A stretch of 64,000 bases of DNA from an uncultured Actinomycetota bacterium (GTDB lineage Bacteria > Actinomycetota > Actinomycetes > Propionibacteriales > Nocardioidaceae): positions 13,636 through 77,635 of the forward strand of contig CAWFBY010000009.1 of NCBI GenBank assembly GCA_963814245.1. The letters are read 5' to 3'. This document shows positions 29,256 to 40,000 of the stretch, piece after piece. Position numbers and translations under genes: made by a program. The number at the start of each line of letters is the position of its first letter. The stretch's first letter is position 1. Under the pieces are notes generated by a model. It saw only the letters and a program-made list of their open reading frames with translations. It did not search any database and was not told where the DNA came from.

Positions 29256-31856
29256 ATGGCGACCCGTACGTCTTCCCCGCCGGGTTCGCGGAGCAAGAGC
29301 ACGTCCAATCGTGGTGCTGGCAAGGGCAGCGCGACGAAGGGCCGTTCGACTTCGCGATCCCGGAGTGCCCGCCGCAGTGCCCCACGTGGTGCTGCGAAAG
29401 TTTCCCGCGCCCAGCGACAAAGCGCCCGACCCGCACCACGCGCCGTACGCAACGGTCCCGGTCCGGTGTTCCGGCTCTTCGCTCTCCTGGGCCGCGGCGT
29501 GGCCGCAATCTGGCTGGGCATCGCCCACACGTTGGGTGGGGCGGCGCGCAAGTTCGGCGGTGCCGCGCGCGACCTCGAGCCCGAGCATCGTCGCGACGGC
29601 GTGGGATTGCTGTTCATCGCCTTGGCGATCGTGGCGGCGGGAGCCGTGTGGTGGCAGTTGCCCGGTTCGATCATGGACTTTGTGCGCACCGTCGTCTCGG
29701 GATCGGTGGGCAAGGTCGGGCTGCTGGTGCCCCTGATGCTGGTCTTCGTCGGCTGGCGCAACATGCGCGACCCCTCCCACAACGGTCCGGTCGGCCGACA
29801 AGTCGTCGGGTGGACCGCGCTGGCCTTCGGGGTCTTGGGCATCGTCCACCTCGCCAACGGGAATCCCCAACCGCGACTCGGAGACGCGACCGCGTTGTCC
29901 GAGGCCGGTGGTGCCGTGGGGTTCGTGGTCTCGAGCCTGCTGCTCGACCTGTTGCGCGACCGGCTGGTCGTCGTCCCGTTGTTGTTGCTGCTCAGCGGCT
30001 TTGGTGTCTTGGTGATCACCGCGACGCCCGTCTATCAGATTCCCGAGCGTCTGGGCGCGCTCCGCGATCGGCTCCTGGGTCGACGCGCCCCCGAAGGCAG
30101 CGAGGAGGAGCTCACCGCGCCGGTGAGCCGGCGGCGTACCCTGCTGGACATCGATCCCGACCTGGGGGACCCGGCGTACGACTCTCCGGTGCTCACCGAC
30201 CGCGAGTTGCGCAAGCGTGCGCGTGGCCGCGACGCGGTCGATGTCGCACTGGAGCAGGTCGACCCCGACCACGCTGACGGCGCCCAAGAAACTGCCCTCG
30301 AAGTTGCTCAAGAAGACAGGGGCGAGCTGCAACCGCCTCCCCACACGCCCCTGCCGCAACGGGTGGAGCAATTGGCTCTCTCCGGTGATGTCGCCTACAC
30401 GCTGCCGGGCAACGAGGTGCTCAAACCGGGCTCACCGCACCGGGCTCGTTCGAAGGCCTCCGACGCCGTCGTCGAACGACTCACCACGGTCCTGGAGGAG
30501 TTCGCCATCGACGCGCAGGTCACGGGCTATACCCGGGGCCCCACGGTGACGCGCTACGAAGTGGAGCTGGGGCCCGCGGTCAAGGTCGAGAAGGTCACGG
30601 CGTTGTCCAAGAACATTGCTTACGCCGTCGCGTCGGCCGACGTGCGGATCCTGAGCCCGATCCCCGGCAAGTCCGCGATCGGCATCGAGATCCCCAACCT
30701 GGACAAGGAAATCGTCTCCCTGGGAGACGTCCTTCGGTCGGGAACCGCACGTTCGGATCACCACCCGATGGTGGCCGGGCTGGGCAAGGATGTGGAGGGC
30801 GGCTTCGTGGTTGCCAACCTCGCCAAGATGCCGCACCTGCTCGTCGCCGGAGCCACGGGCTCGGGCAAGTCGAGCTTCATCAACTCGATGATCAGCTCGA
30901 TCCTGATGCGGTCCACGCCCGATGAGGTGCGGATGATCCTGGTCGATCCGAAGCGGGTCGAACTCAACGCGTATGAGGGCATTCCCCACCTGATCACGCC
31001 CATCATCACCAGCCCCAAGAAGGCCGCTGAAGCCTTGCAGTGGGTGGTGCGCGAGATGGATCTGCGTTATGACGACCTGGCCAACTTCGGCTTCCGGCAT
31101 ATCGACGACTTCAACAAGGCGGTGCGGGCGGGCAAGGTCGAACTCCCCGTGGGCAGCGAACGCAAACTGGCGCCGTACCCCTATCTGTTGGTGGTCGTCG
31201 ATGAGTTGGCCGACCTGATGATGGTTGCTCCGCGCGACGTCGAGGACTGCGTGGTGCGCATCACGCAGCTGGCTCGGGCCGCCGGGATCCATCTCGTATT
31301 GGCGACCCAGCGACCGTCGGTCGACGTGGTGACGGGGCTGATCAAGGCCAACGTGCCGTCCCGGCTGGCGTTCGCCACGTCGTCGCTCGCCGACAGCCGG
31401 GTGATTCTCGATCAACCGGGGGCGGAGAAGCTGGTCGGCCAGGGAGACGGGTTGTTCTTGCCGATGGGCGCCTCCAAACCGGCCCGCATCCAGGGCTCCT
31501 GGGTGACCGAGGCCGAGATTCATCAGGTGGTCGAGCACTGCAAGACCCAGCTGGCCCCGAACTACCGAGAAGACGTGACGGCGCCGGCGTCGTCGAAGCG
31601 CGAACTCGAGGACGACATCGGTGACGACATGGACCTGGTCATCCAGGCCGTGGAGCTGGTGGTGTCCACCCAGTTCGGCTCAACGTCGATGCTGCAACGC
31701 AAGTTGCGCGTCGGTTTTGCGAAGGCCGGACGGCTGATGGACATCATGGAGAGCCGGGGGATTGTGGGGCCGAGCGAGGGCTCAAAGGCCCGAGACGTGT
31801 TGATCAAGCCCGACGAGCTCGATGCCGTGCTGTACACGTTGCAGGGGGAGCTGTGA
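29256..31856 (+). CDS. ftsK: DNA translocase FtsK
   Basis: Four N-terminal TM helices, PHLLVAGATGSGKS, VVVDELADLM, LATQRPS, gamma domain STSMLQRKLRVGFAKAGRLMD. Confidence 0.97.
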   Translation: MATRTSSPPGSRSKSTSNRGAGKGSATKGRSTSRSRSARRSAPRGAAKVSRAQRQSARPAPRAVRNGPGPVFRLFALLGRGVAAIWLGIAHTLGGAARKFGGAARDLEPEHRRDGVGLLFIALAIVAAGAVWWQLPGSIMDFVRTVVSGSVGKVGLLVPLMLVFVGWRNMRDPSHNGPVGRQVVGWTALAFGVLGIVHLANGNPQPRLGDATALSEAGGAVGFVVSSLLLDLLRDRLVVVPLLLLLSGFGVLVITATPVYQIPERLGALRDRLLGRRAPEGSEEELTAPVSRRRTLLDIDPDLGDPAYDSPVLTDRELRKRARGRDAVDVALEQVDPDHADGAQETALEVAQEDRGELQPPPHTPLPQRVEQLALSGDVAYTLPGNEVLKPGSPHRARSKASDAVVERLTTVLEEFAIDAQVTGYTRGPTVTRYEVELGPAVKVEKVTALSKNIAYAVASADVRILSPIPGKSAIGIEIPNLDKEIVSLGDVLRSGTARSDHHPMVAGLGKDVEGGFVVANLAKMPHLLVAGATGSGKSSFINSMISSILMRSTPDEVRMILVDPKRVELNAYEGIPHLITPIITSPKKAAEALQWVVREMDLRYDDLANFGFRHIDDFNKAVRAGKVELPVGSERKLAPYPYLLVVVDELADLMMVAPRDVEDCVVRITQLARAAGIHLVLATQRPSVDVVTGLIKANVPSRLAFATSSLADSRVILDQPGAEKLVGQGDGLFLPMGASKPARIQGSWVTEAEIHQVVEHCKTQLAPNYREDVTAPASSKRELEDDIGDDMDLVIQAVELVVSTQFGSTSMLQRKLRVGFAKAGRLMDIMESRGIVGPSEGSKARDVLIKPDELDAVLYTLQGEL

Positions 31857-33421
31857 GCCCCGAAACACACCCGCCCGCACTATCGGAACCGGTAATCATC
31901 CGGCGCAGGTTGCCGCTGCTGGTCGGCCTGGCGTTGGCGACGATCGCCCTGGCCGTCGCCTATTCGGTTCGTGCTTGGCAGGCGCAGGGAGGGCTCGATG
32001 CCCTCCTGGCGGCCAGCCTGTTGGGCCTGGGCCTGGTCCACCTCGCGCTGAGCATCGACGGTCGGTCCCCGCTGGCGATCGCCGACGACCGAGGCCTTCG
32101 GGTGCGCCGATTCCGCACGTGGCACGCGATCCCCTGGTCGGAGATCATCGCCCTGGACTATCGGCCGCGCGAGGGATGGTGGCGTGATGGCCGGTTGGAG
32201 TGTCAGGCGACCCACGAACGCACGTTTCGGGTCCCGCTGACCTTGGGTACCCAGGTCGAGGGTGCCGTATCTGTGCTGGAGGCCGAGGGGCACGTCCAGG
32301 ATTCCGAGGTCCTTGAGGCGTACGAGGTCCCCGAGGCAGCCACCAGCGTGCCGACAGGCCCCGCGCGCTGGCGTGCCGTGCGACCCGCGGTGGCCACCGG
32401 GATCGGCCACTTGGCGACTCACCTGCGCCTCCCGGACGCGCTGCGCGGTGGCCCCACCCGCGACTCTGCCGTCACGGTGGGCGCACTCGCACTGACTCCC
32501 GATCCCGAGGCAGACCTTTCGCTCTCTCTCCCCGAGTCCGATGAGCTGCGCCGCGGGGACGACTGGGCGATCGGGCAACCCGAGGCGGACCTTGCCCATG
32601 GGGATCCCGGGGCCGAGGACACGCTCGTGGTGCCGCTGTCGGCGCTCGAAGATCGCCCCGATCCGGTGATCGGCCCCGAGTTGGCGAAGGCGCGCGACGC
32701 GCTGGGCTTGTCGGTCGAGGAATTGTCGTCTCGGACCCGGATCACGCCAAGGGTGATCCGGGGCATTGAGTTGGACGACTTCGCTCCCTGCGGCGGTGAC
32801 TTCTATGCCCGCGGGCACCTGCGCACCCTTGCCAGGGTCCTGGGGGTGGATGCTGCCCCTCTCGTGGAGGCCTACGACGACCTTTACGCCGATGCGCCGA
32901 GCGGCCCGCAGCTGCCGACTCCCGCGGTGATCTCCGGGCTGGCGAGGGACCACGAAGACGCCGCGCAGCCTGTGACGGCGACGCTGGTGCCTGGCTCCAC
33001 CTCCGGTGGTTCCGAGGGATCACGTCCCAATTGGACGGTTCTGATTGCGGCGGTGATGGCCGTCGTACTCCTCTGGTCCATTGCCCGCTTGGTGCTCGAC
33101 GGCCCCACGCAGCTGCCGGGCGTTCCAGGCCTGGGCGACGGATCCGGGGGGGTGCACCAGACCACCTCCGCCGGCGGCCGCAGCGTGCCGGTGGTGATTC
33201 GCGCGACCGGCGGCGGTGCTCGGGTCGTGGTGCGCGACGGCAACGGCCGGGTCATCTTCACCGGCGATCTTGCCTACGGCAGCGCGCGATCCCTGACGGT
33301 CGTTCCTCCGATCCATGTGGAGACCAGCGACGGCAGTCTGGAAGTCACCGTGGGTGGGGACGAGCAGGGTCGGGTGGGCGACGTCGGACGACCTGCCTCG
33401 GAGACTTACGTCGCTCCGTGA
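31853..33421 (+). CDS. RodZ-like protein (HTH, TM, DUF4115-like) with extra N-terminal membrane and PH-like region
   Basis: [38 protein letters not shown]...[33 protein letters not shown]-terminal beta domain; downstream of ftsK. Confidence 0.85.
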   Translation: MSPETHPPALSEPVIIRRRLPLLVGLALATIALAVAYSVRAWQAQGGLDALLAASLLGLGLVHLALSIDGRSPLAIADDRGLRVRRFRTWHAIPWSEIIALDYRPREGWWRDGRLECQATHERTFRVPLTLGTQVEGAVSVLEAEGHVQDSEVLEAYEVPEAATSVPTGPARWRAVRPAVATGIGHLATHLRLPDALRGGPTRDSAVTVGALALTPDPEADLSLSLPESDELRRGDDWAIGQPEADLAHGDPGAEDTLVVPLSALEDRPDPVIGPELAKARDALGLSVEELSSRTRITPRVIRGIELDDFAPCGGDFYARGHLRTLARVLGVDAAPLVEAYDDLYADAPSGPQLPTPAVISGLARDHEDAAQPVTATLVPGSTSGGSEGSRPNWTVLIAAVMAVVLLWSIARLVLDGPTQLPGVPGLGDGSGGVHQTTSAGGRSVPVVIRATGGGARVVVRDGNGRVIFTGDLAYGSARSLTVVPPIHVETSDGSLEVTVGGDEQGRVGDVGRPASETYVAP

Positions 33422-33470
33422 CCCGCAAAGCGACGGTCCTAGGTCGGACCGGGCATACTCAGCAGCGATC

Positions 33471-34961
33471 ATGACCACCCACGCACCCACCTCCGTCGAG
33501 CGCACCGCGCCTCCTGTGGCGCGCTCCGACGCCACGGTTGCCGCCGCGACGGCGGCCCTCAAGACGGTCGCCCCGATGACGGTTGCTCTCGTGACCCTCG
33601 GCTGTGCGCGCAACGAAGTCGATTCCGAGGAGTTGGCCGGACGGCTGGCCGCCGACGGGTTCGCGCTGGTGGCCGATCCGGCCGACGCCGAGACGGTCTT
33701 GGTGAACACCTGTGGGTTTGTCGAAGCGGCCAAAAAGGATTCGGTCGACACCCTGTTGCAAGCTGCCGACCTCAAAGGATCGGGCGGTACGGCGGCCGTG
33801 GTCGCCGTGGGTTGTCTGGCCGAGCGCTATGGCAACGAACTGGCCGAGTCCTTGCCCGAGGCCGACGCCGTCTTGAGTTTCGATGACTATCCCGACATCG
33901 CGGTCCGGCTCCGATCGATCCTGGCGGGTGAGACGTCCCAGGCGCACACTCCTCAAGACCGACGCCGGCTGTTGCCGATCTCCCCAGTGGCGCGCACCGA
34001 CTCGACGGCGTCCGTGCCGGGTCACGCTGTGCTGGAGTCCGCTCGCAAGCGACTCGAGTCCGGCCCGATGGCGCCGTTGAAGTTGGCGAGCGGGTGCGAT
34101 CGCCGCTGTTCCTTCTGTGCGATCCCGAGCTTCCGCGGCTCCTTTGTGAGTCGCCGTCCCGCCGATGTCCTCAGCGAAGCTCGGTGGCTGGCCGAGCAGC
34201 AGGTCAAGGAATTGTTCTTGGTCAGCGAAAACTCCACGTCCTATGGCAAGGATCTGGGCGACTTGAGGTTACTGGAGACGCTGTTGCCGGAGTTGGCGGC
34301 GATCTCGGGGATCGAGCGGGTGCGGGTGTCCTACCTGCAACCGGCCGAGACCCGACCGGGGTTGATCGAGGCGATCGCCAACACGCCCGGCGTCGCGGCG
34401 TACTTCGATTTGTCCTTCCAGCACGCGAGCCCCACGGTGCTGCGGCGGATGCGACGTTTTGGTGACACGGACAACTTCTTGGGCTTGTTGGATCGGGTGC
34501 GCTCGTTGGCGCCGCTTGCGGGCGTGCGTTCCAACGTGATCGTCGGCTTCCCCGGCGAGACAGAGGCGGACCTGGAAACCCTGTGTGACTTCTTGACGGC
34601 TGCCCGGCTCGATGTGACCGGCGTCTTCGGCTATTCGGACGAGGACGGCACCGAGGCGGAGTCCTTCACCGACAAGTTGGACGACGACGAAATCCGCGCC
34701 CGCACCGCGCACGTCACCGCGTTGGTGGAAGAGCTCACCGCCCAACGCGCAGAAGAGCGACTGGGCGAAGAGGTCGTGGTCCTCGTGGAGTCGGTGACCG
34801 ACGTGGTGGAAGGTCGCGCCGCCCACCAGGGCCCGGAGGTGGACGGCAGCACGTTCGTGACCGATTGCCCGGACGCAACCGTGGGCGACCTGATCGCCGC
34901 TCGTGTCGTCGCCACCGATGGCGCGGACTTGATCGCCGCACCGATCGGGGGGTCCCGATGA
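33471..34961 (+). CDS. rimO: Ribosomal protein S12 methylthiotransferase
   Basis: [43 protein letters not shown]-terminal TRAM (HQGPEVDG). Confidence 0.94.
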   Translation: MTTHAPTSVERTAPPVARSDATVAAATAALKTVAPMTVALVTLGCARNEVDSEELAGRLAADGFALVADPADAETVLVNTCGFVEAAKKDSVDTLLQAADLKGSGGTAAVVAVGCLAERYGNELAESLPEADAVLSFDDYPDIAVRLRSILAGETSQAHTPQDRRRLLPISPVARTDSTASVPGHAVLESARKRLESGPMAPLKLASGCDRRCSFCAIPSFRGSFVSRRPADVLSEARWLAEQQVKELFLVSENSTSYGKDLGDLRLLETLLPELAAISGIERVRVSYLQPAETRPGLIEAIANTPGVAAYFDLSFQHASPTVLRRMRRFGDTDNFLGLLDRVRSLAPLAGVRSNVIVGFPGETEADLETLCDFLTAARLDVTGVFGYSDEDGTEAESFTDKLDDDEIRARTAHVTALVEELTAQRAEERLGEEVVVLVESVTDVVEGRAAHQGPEVDGSTFVTDCPDATVGDLIAARVVATDGADLIAAPIGGSR

Positions 34962-35587
34962 GCGAGCAGAGCCCGACCGTGAGCAACCTGAACCTGCCCA
35001 ACTTCTTGACCACCCTGCGCATCGTGATGGTGCCGTTCTTCGGCTGGGCGCTCCTGCACGACGGGGGCGACTCGATTGGCTGGCGCCTGGCGGCGTTCGT
35101 GATTTTTGTGGCCGCGATGATCACCGACAAGGTCGACGGCGACATCGCCCGCGCCCGCAACTTGATCACCAACTTCGGCAAGATCGCCGACCCCATCGCC
35201 GACAAAGCGATCACCGGGATGGCGTTCATCGGTCTCTCGGTCGTCGGGGAGATCTGGTGGTGGGTGACGATCGTGGTGTTGTTGCGCGAGTGGAGCGTGA
35301 CCCTGCTCCGCCTGTCGGTGCTCAAGCAGGTGGTGATCGCGGCTTCCTACAGCGGCAAGATCAAGACCACCCTGCAAGGGATCGCGCTGTCGGGCCTGAC
35401 CCTGCCCTTCCCGCACGGAGCGGCCCATGGCGGCGCCTTCGATCGGTTCGGTGTCGCCGGAGAAGGGCTGTTCTATGTGGCCCAGGTGCTGCTCGCCGGA
35501 GCCGTGCTGATGACGTTGTGGTCCGGCTGGGAGTTCTTTCGCGACGTCTGGCGGCAGCGCTCCTCCATCGGCCGAACCGAGGTCTAG
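34958..35587 (+). CDS. pgsA: CDP-diacylglycerol--glycerol-3-phosphate 3-phosphatidyltransferase
   Basis: [21 protein letters not shown]...[16 protein letters not shown]. Confidence 0.95.
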   Translation: MSEQSPTVSNLNLPNFLTTLRIVMVPFFGWALLHDGGDSIGWRLAAFVIFVAAMITDKVDGDIARARNLITNFGKIADPIADKAITGMAFIGLSVVGEIWWWVTIVVLLREWSVTLLRLSVLKQVVIAASYSGKIKTTLQGIALSGLTLPFPHGAAHGGAFDRFGVAGEGLFYVAQVLLAGAVLMTLWSGWEFFRDVWRQRSSIGRTEV

Positions 35588-35688
35588 CCCACTGTGGCCG
35601 GGTGACCCCTGGGGGCGTCTGGTGGATGGTGGAGTCGCGCGGAGCGGGTTAGGATTTGGCCCTCTCGCGAGCCGAAGGATCAATTGAC

Positions 35689-36948
35689 GTGCACCTCACT
35701 GCCGTGACTTTTGGCCGTTCGAGTTATTCGGGAGCTCCGACCGCAGCCAGATTCTGGGCAGCGCTGTGCAGTTTGGTGTTGCTGGTTGGTGGCGCGGCAG
35801 CCCTCGTTCCCGTCAGCCCGGCGGGGGCCAATCCTGCTGGCACGTCGCTCGTGATCTCTGAGGTGTACGGCGCTGGCGGCAACCCTGGCGCCACGTTCAA
35901 CGCCGACTTCGTCGAGCTTTACAACCCGACCTCGCAGACCCTGCCGCTCAACGGCTTGTCGATCCAATTCCGCTCGGCGAGCGGCTCCTTCACGGTGGCG
36001 CCGTTCGCGTTGGCGGGTTCGGTGCCCGGCAAGCGCCACTACCTGATCCGGATGAGCGGGATCCGCTCGCACGGGGTTGCGCTGCCGGCTCCTAACGCGG
36101 TCGCCAACCCTAAGATCAGCATGTCCGCGTTGGGAGGACAGGTGCTCCTACTCACCGGCACCGCACCGCTCACCGCGAGTGGCGACCTGGCGGGACACTC
36201 CCGAGTCGTCGACATGGTGGGCTTGGGTGGCTCGCGCTCCTTCGAGGCCGACGCAGGTCCGGGCACCTCTGTCCGGGAGTCGGCCAACCGCAATCTTGAT
36301 TCGCAGGACACCGACGACAACGCGGCGGACTTTGCGTTGGCCGCGCCGTCGCCGACGAAGACCGAGCCCCCTGGGCCGCTGGTGGTCGCGGCCGTGGCGA
36401 CGCCGGGCGCGGTCGCGGTCCGTTCGGGGACGACGACCGTGTCGGTCCGGGTCACCGGGACCGGGCCACAACCCAGCGGACCAGTGGAGATTCGCATTGC
36501 GGGTGTGCTCACCGCCACGGTGATCCCGGATGAGAACGGCAACGCCTCAGCCACTATCGGGCCGTTCTTGCAGGCGGGCACCCTGCCCATCGTGGCGAGA
36601 TTCACCGGCGACGATGCCTACCTGCCGGCCGATTCGAGTCCCGTCGTGGTCGCAGTGACCAAGGCGACCCCCTCCCTGACGGTGACGGCCAGGCCGCTTC
36701 GGGCGAAGGTGCGCGACACCCGGGTCCTCGTCACGGCGGCGCTCACGGCTCCCGGCTTGGCCGTGAAGGGCAAGGTGCGAATCTTCGCCGCCGGCTCCAG
36801 TCGCACGCTCATTCTGCGAGCGGGCAAGGCATCGCTGCGGCTGCCTCGGTTTACCTCGGTGGGCAAGAAGAAGATCGTGGTGACATTTCTGGGGAGCGGC
36901 CTGGTGACCAAGGTCGCCAAGTCGGTGACGATCCGCGTCATACGCTGA
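35689..36948 (+). CDS. Secreted lamin-tail-domain protein with Ig-like domains, no catalytic domain recognised
   Basis: Signal peptide, LVISEVYGAGGN...FNADFVELYNPT, VVDMVG, DTDDNAADF, then two Ig-like repeats (ARFTGDDAYLPA; VTFLGSGLV). Confidence 0.8.
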   Translation: MHLTAVTFGRSSYSGAPTAARFWAALCSLVLLVGGAAALVPVSPAGANPAGTSLVISEVYGAGGNPGATFNADFVELYNPTSQTLPLNGLSIQFRSASGSFTVAPFALAGSVPGKRHYLIRMSGIRSHGVALPAPNAVANPKISMSALGGQVLLLTGTAPLTASGDLAGHSRVVDMVGLGGSRSFEADAGPGTSVRESANRNLDSQDTDDNAADFALAAPSPTKTEPPGPLVVAAVATPGAVAVRSGTTTVSVRVTGTGPQPSGPVEIRIAGVLTATVIPDENGNASATIGPFLQAGTLPIVARFTGDDAYLPADSSPVVVAVTKATPSLTVTARPLRAKVRDTRVLVTAALTAPGLAVKGKVRIFAAGSSRTLILRAGKASLRLPRFTSVGKKKIVVTFLGSGLVTKVAKSVTIRVIR

Positions 36949-37055
36949 CCCACCAGTTCGTTACCAACTGTTGGCCTTGGGGGCTGGTCTGGACCGGTAG
37001 TGCTGGCGTTAGGGTGGCAAGAGTTGCTTGACTCACCCGTCGAAAGGCACCTCTC

Positions 37056-40000
37056 GTGTTTGCTGCATCCTCTTGGCGAAACCGACGCTGGGCATTGATG
37101 ACCTCACTGGCCCTGTGCGTTTCCTCCGTCCTTCTGGCCAGCCCACCGTCGGCTTCGGCCAACCCCGCCGCCACCGGTTTGGTTATTCGTGAGGTGTACG
37201 GCGCCGGCGGCAACGCGGGTGCGCCGTTCAACGCCGACTTCGTCGAGCTCTACAACCCCACCGGCGCCGCCATCGAGCTGCGTGGGATGTCGCTGCAATA
37301 TCGCAGCGCCGCCGGGAATCCGGGTGGCTCACCCTTCGCCCTCGTCGGGTCCGTCCCGTCCAACACCTCCTTCTTGGTGCGGATGAGCGCGACCGGCGCG
37401 GTGGGGGCTGCCCTGTCGGCTGACCTCGTGGCCGGGCCGGCCATCGCGATGGCCAGCGACTCGGGACAAGTCCTGTTGGTCGACGGAGTGGGTGTGGTGT
37501 CGGGTTCGGGGAACTTCGCCGGTGCCGCGGGCGTGATCGACATGGTCGGTTATGGCACTGCAGCAACGTCCTACGAAACCGGCCCCACCGCGAATGCCTC
37601 GACGGCCAACTCCGTGAACCGGAGCATCGCGGGCGGCGATAGCGACAACAACTCAACGGACTTCGCGCTGGCCGCGCCCTCACCGCAGAGCTGTTCGTGC
37701 GCCGCGCCGTACACCACGACTCCGGCGACGATCGCGGAGGTCCAAGGGGACAACACCGCCGTCAGCCCGTTCTACGGGCAAGGCGTGAGCCTCCAGGGTG
37801 TGGTGACCGCGGTCTATTCGGCAGCGAGTGGCTTCAACGGCTTCTACCTCCAGACGGCGGGTTCGGGGGGCGCCACCGACGCGACCCCGGGCGCCGCCGA
37901 CGCGGTCTTCGTGTTCGGCAACGCCGCCATGAGCATCAATCCCGTGGTGGGCGATCACCTCGCCGTCACCGGCCCCGTGGTGGAGTTCGCGGGGACCACC
38001 GAAGTCGTGCCCACCGCGGCCGCCGATGTCACCCGGGTGGCGAGTACGCCGGATCCGGTGACGGCTCTCGCCGCCGCCTACCCCACCACCGAGGCTGCAC
38101 GTGAAGCTCACGAGGGGGAGTTGCTCGCCCCGACCGACACGTTCACGGTGACCAACACCTTCGCGACCAACCAGTTTGCAGAGATCGGGTTGGCCACCGG
38201 CACCAAGCCGTTGATTCAGCCGACCGATGTGGCTCGACCCGGCACGGCAGAGGTCGACGCCATCGCGGCCGACAACGCCGCACGTGGCGTCGTCCTCGAT
38301 GACGGAGCGAGCACCAACTTCTTGTCGAACGCGACCACCAAGGCGATCCCGTTGCCCTGGCTGAGCATCGACAATCCGGTGCGTGTGGGGGCGCGGGCAA
38401 CCTTCGCCGGCCCAGTCGTGCTCGAATACCGCAACAACGCCTGGAAGTTCCAGCCGACCACCCCGGTCACCGATGCGGGCAGCGCCACCGTGACCTTCCA
38501 AAACACCCGCACCGAGGCGCCGCAGCCCGTGGGCGGCGATCTGCGGCTGGCCACCTTCAACGTGTTGAACTACTTCAACACCACAGGTGAGGCATGGGTC
38601 GCCGCTGGAGCGGGCCGGACCTGCACCTACTTCACCGATCGCGACAACGCCCGGGTCACCAACAACGTGTGCGCTCCCGACGGACCGCGCGGGGCGGCCC
38701 AAGACGACGATCTCGCGCGTCAGCAGGCCAAGATCGTGGCCGCGATCAACGCCCTCGGTGCCGACGTGGTCTCCTTGGAGGAGATCGAAAACTCCGTCAA
38801 GTTGGGCGAGGCCGATCGTGACGATGCGGTCTCCGCGCTGGTGACGGCGCTCAACACGGCAGCGGGCTCCGATCGCTGGGCCTTCGCGCCCTCGCCGAGT
38901 GCCGCTGACTTGCCGGCGCTGGCCGAGCAGGATGTCATCCGCACCGCCTTCATCTACAACCCGAACACGGTCGAGGCGGTGGGTGCCCCGCGCGTCCTGG
39001 TCGGCGATGCCGACTTTGCGAACGCTCGCGAGCCGTTGGCCCAGGCGTTCAAGCGCAAGGGCGGTCGCGATCGAGACGGCTTCGTGGTGGCGGTCAACCA
39101 CTTCAAGTCCAAGGGCGATGCCAGCCCGCCGGCCACCGGCGACAACGCCAACGGCCTGCAGGGCGCCTTCAACGGCGACCGCACCCGGCAAGCCGCTTCC
39201 CTGGTTGAGTTTGTGAACGCGTTTGCTGCCGATCGTGGGCTGGCCCGGGTCTTCCTGACCGGTGACTTCAACTCCTACACCGAGGAGGACCCGATGCACG
39301 TGTTGTACGACGCGGGGTTCACCAAGGTCGAGTCGGACACGCCGGGGGAGGCGTCGTACAGCTTCAGCGGCCTGTCCGGTTCGTTGGACCATGTGCTCGC
39401 GAACGATGCGGCCTTGGCCCGAGTCACGGGCGCCGATATCTGGGACATCAACGCGAGCGAGTCGGTGGCCTTCGAGTACAGCCGCCACAACTACAACGTG
39501 ACGAACTTCTATCAACCCAATCCGTTCCGGGCCTCCGACCACAATCCGGAGGTGGTGGGCATCCGGTTGCGCGATCCCGCGGGACCGGTGCAACTGAACC
39601 TCCTGGGGGTCAACGACTTCCACGGCCGGATCAACACCAACACGGTCAAGTGGGCGGGGACGGTGGAGAAACTCACCGCGGATGCCGGCGATGAGCCCAC
39701 GCTGATGGTGGGGGCCGGCGACCTGATCGGTGCCTCGGAGTTCCCCTCCGCGGTGGCCCAGGATCAACCCACGATCGACGTGATGAACGCGTTGGGTCTG
39801 GACGCATCCGCAGTCGGCAACCACGAATTCGATCGCGGATGGCTCGATCTTCGCGACCGGGTGATTGGCCCGGTCGGGAGCCGCAATGCCAAGTGGGAAT
39901 ACCTCGGCGCCAACGTCTACGCCACGGGAACGACCGACCCGGTGTTGCCGGAATATGCACTGTTCGACCTGGACGGCATTTCGGTGGCCGTGGTGGGCGC

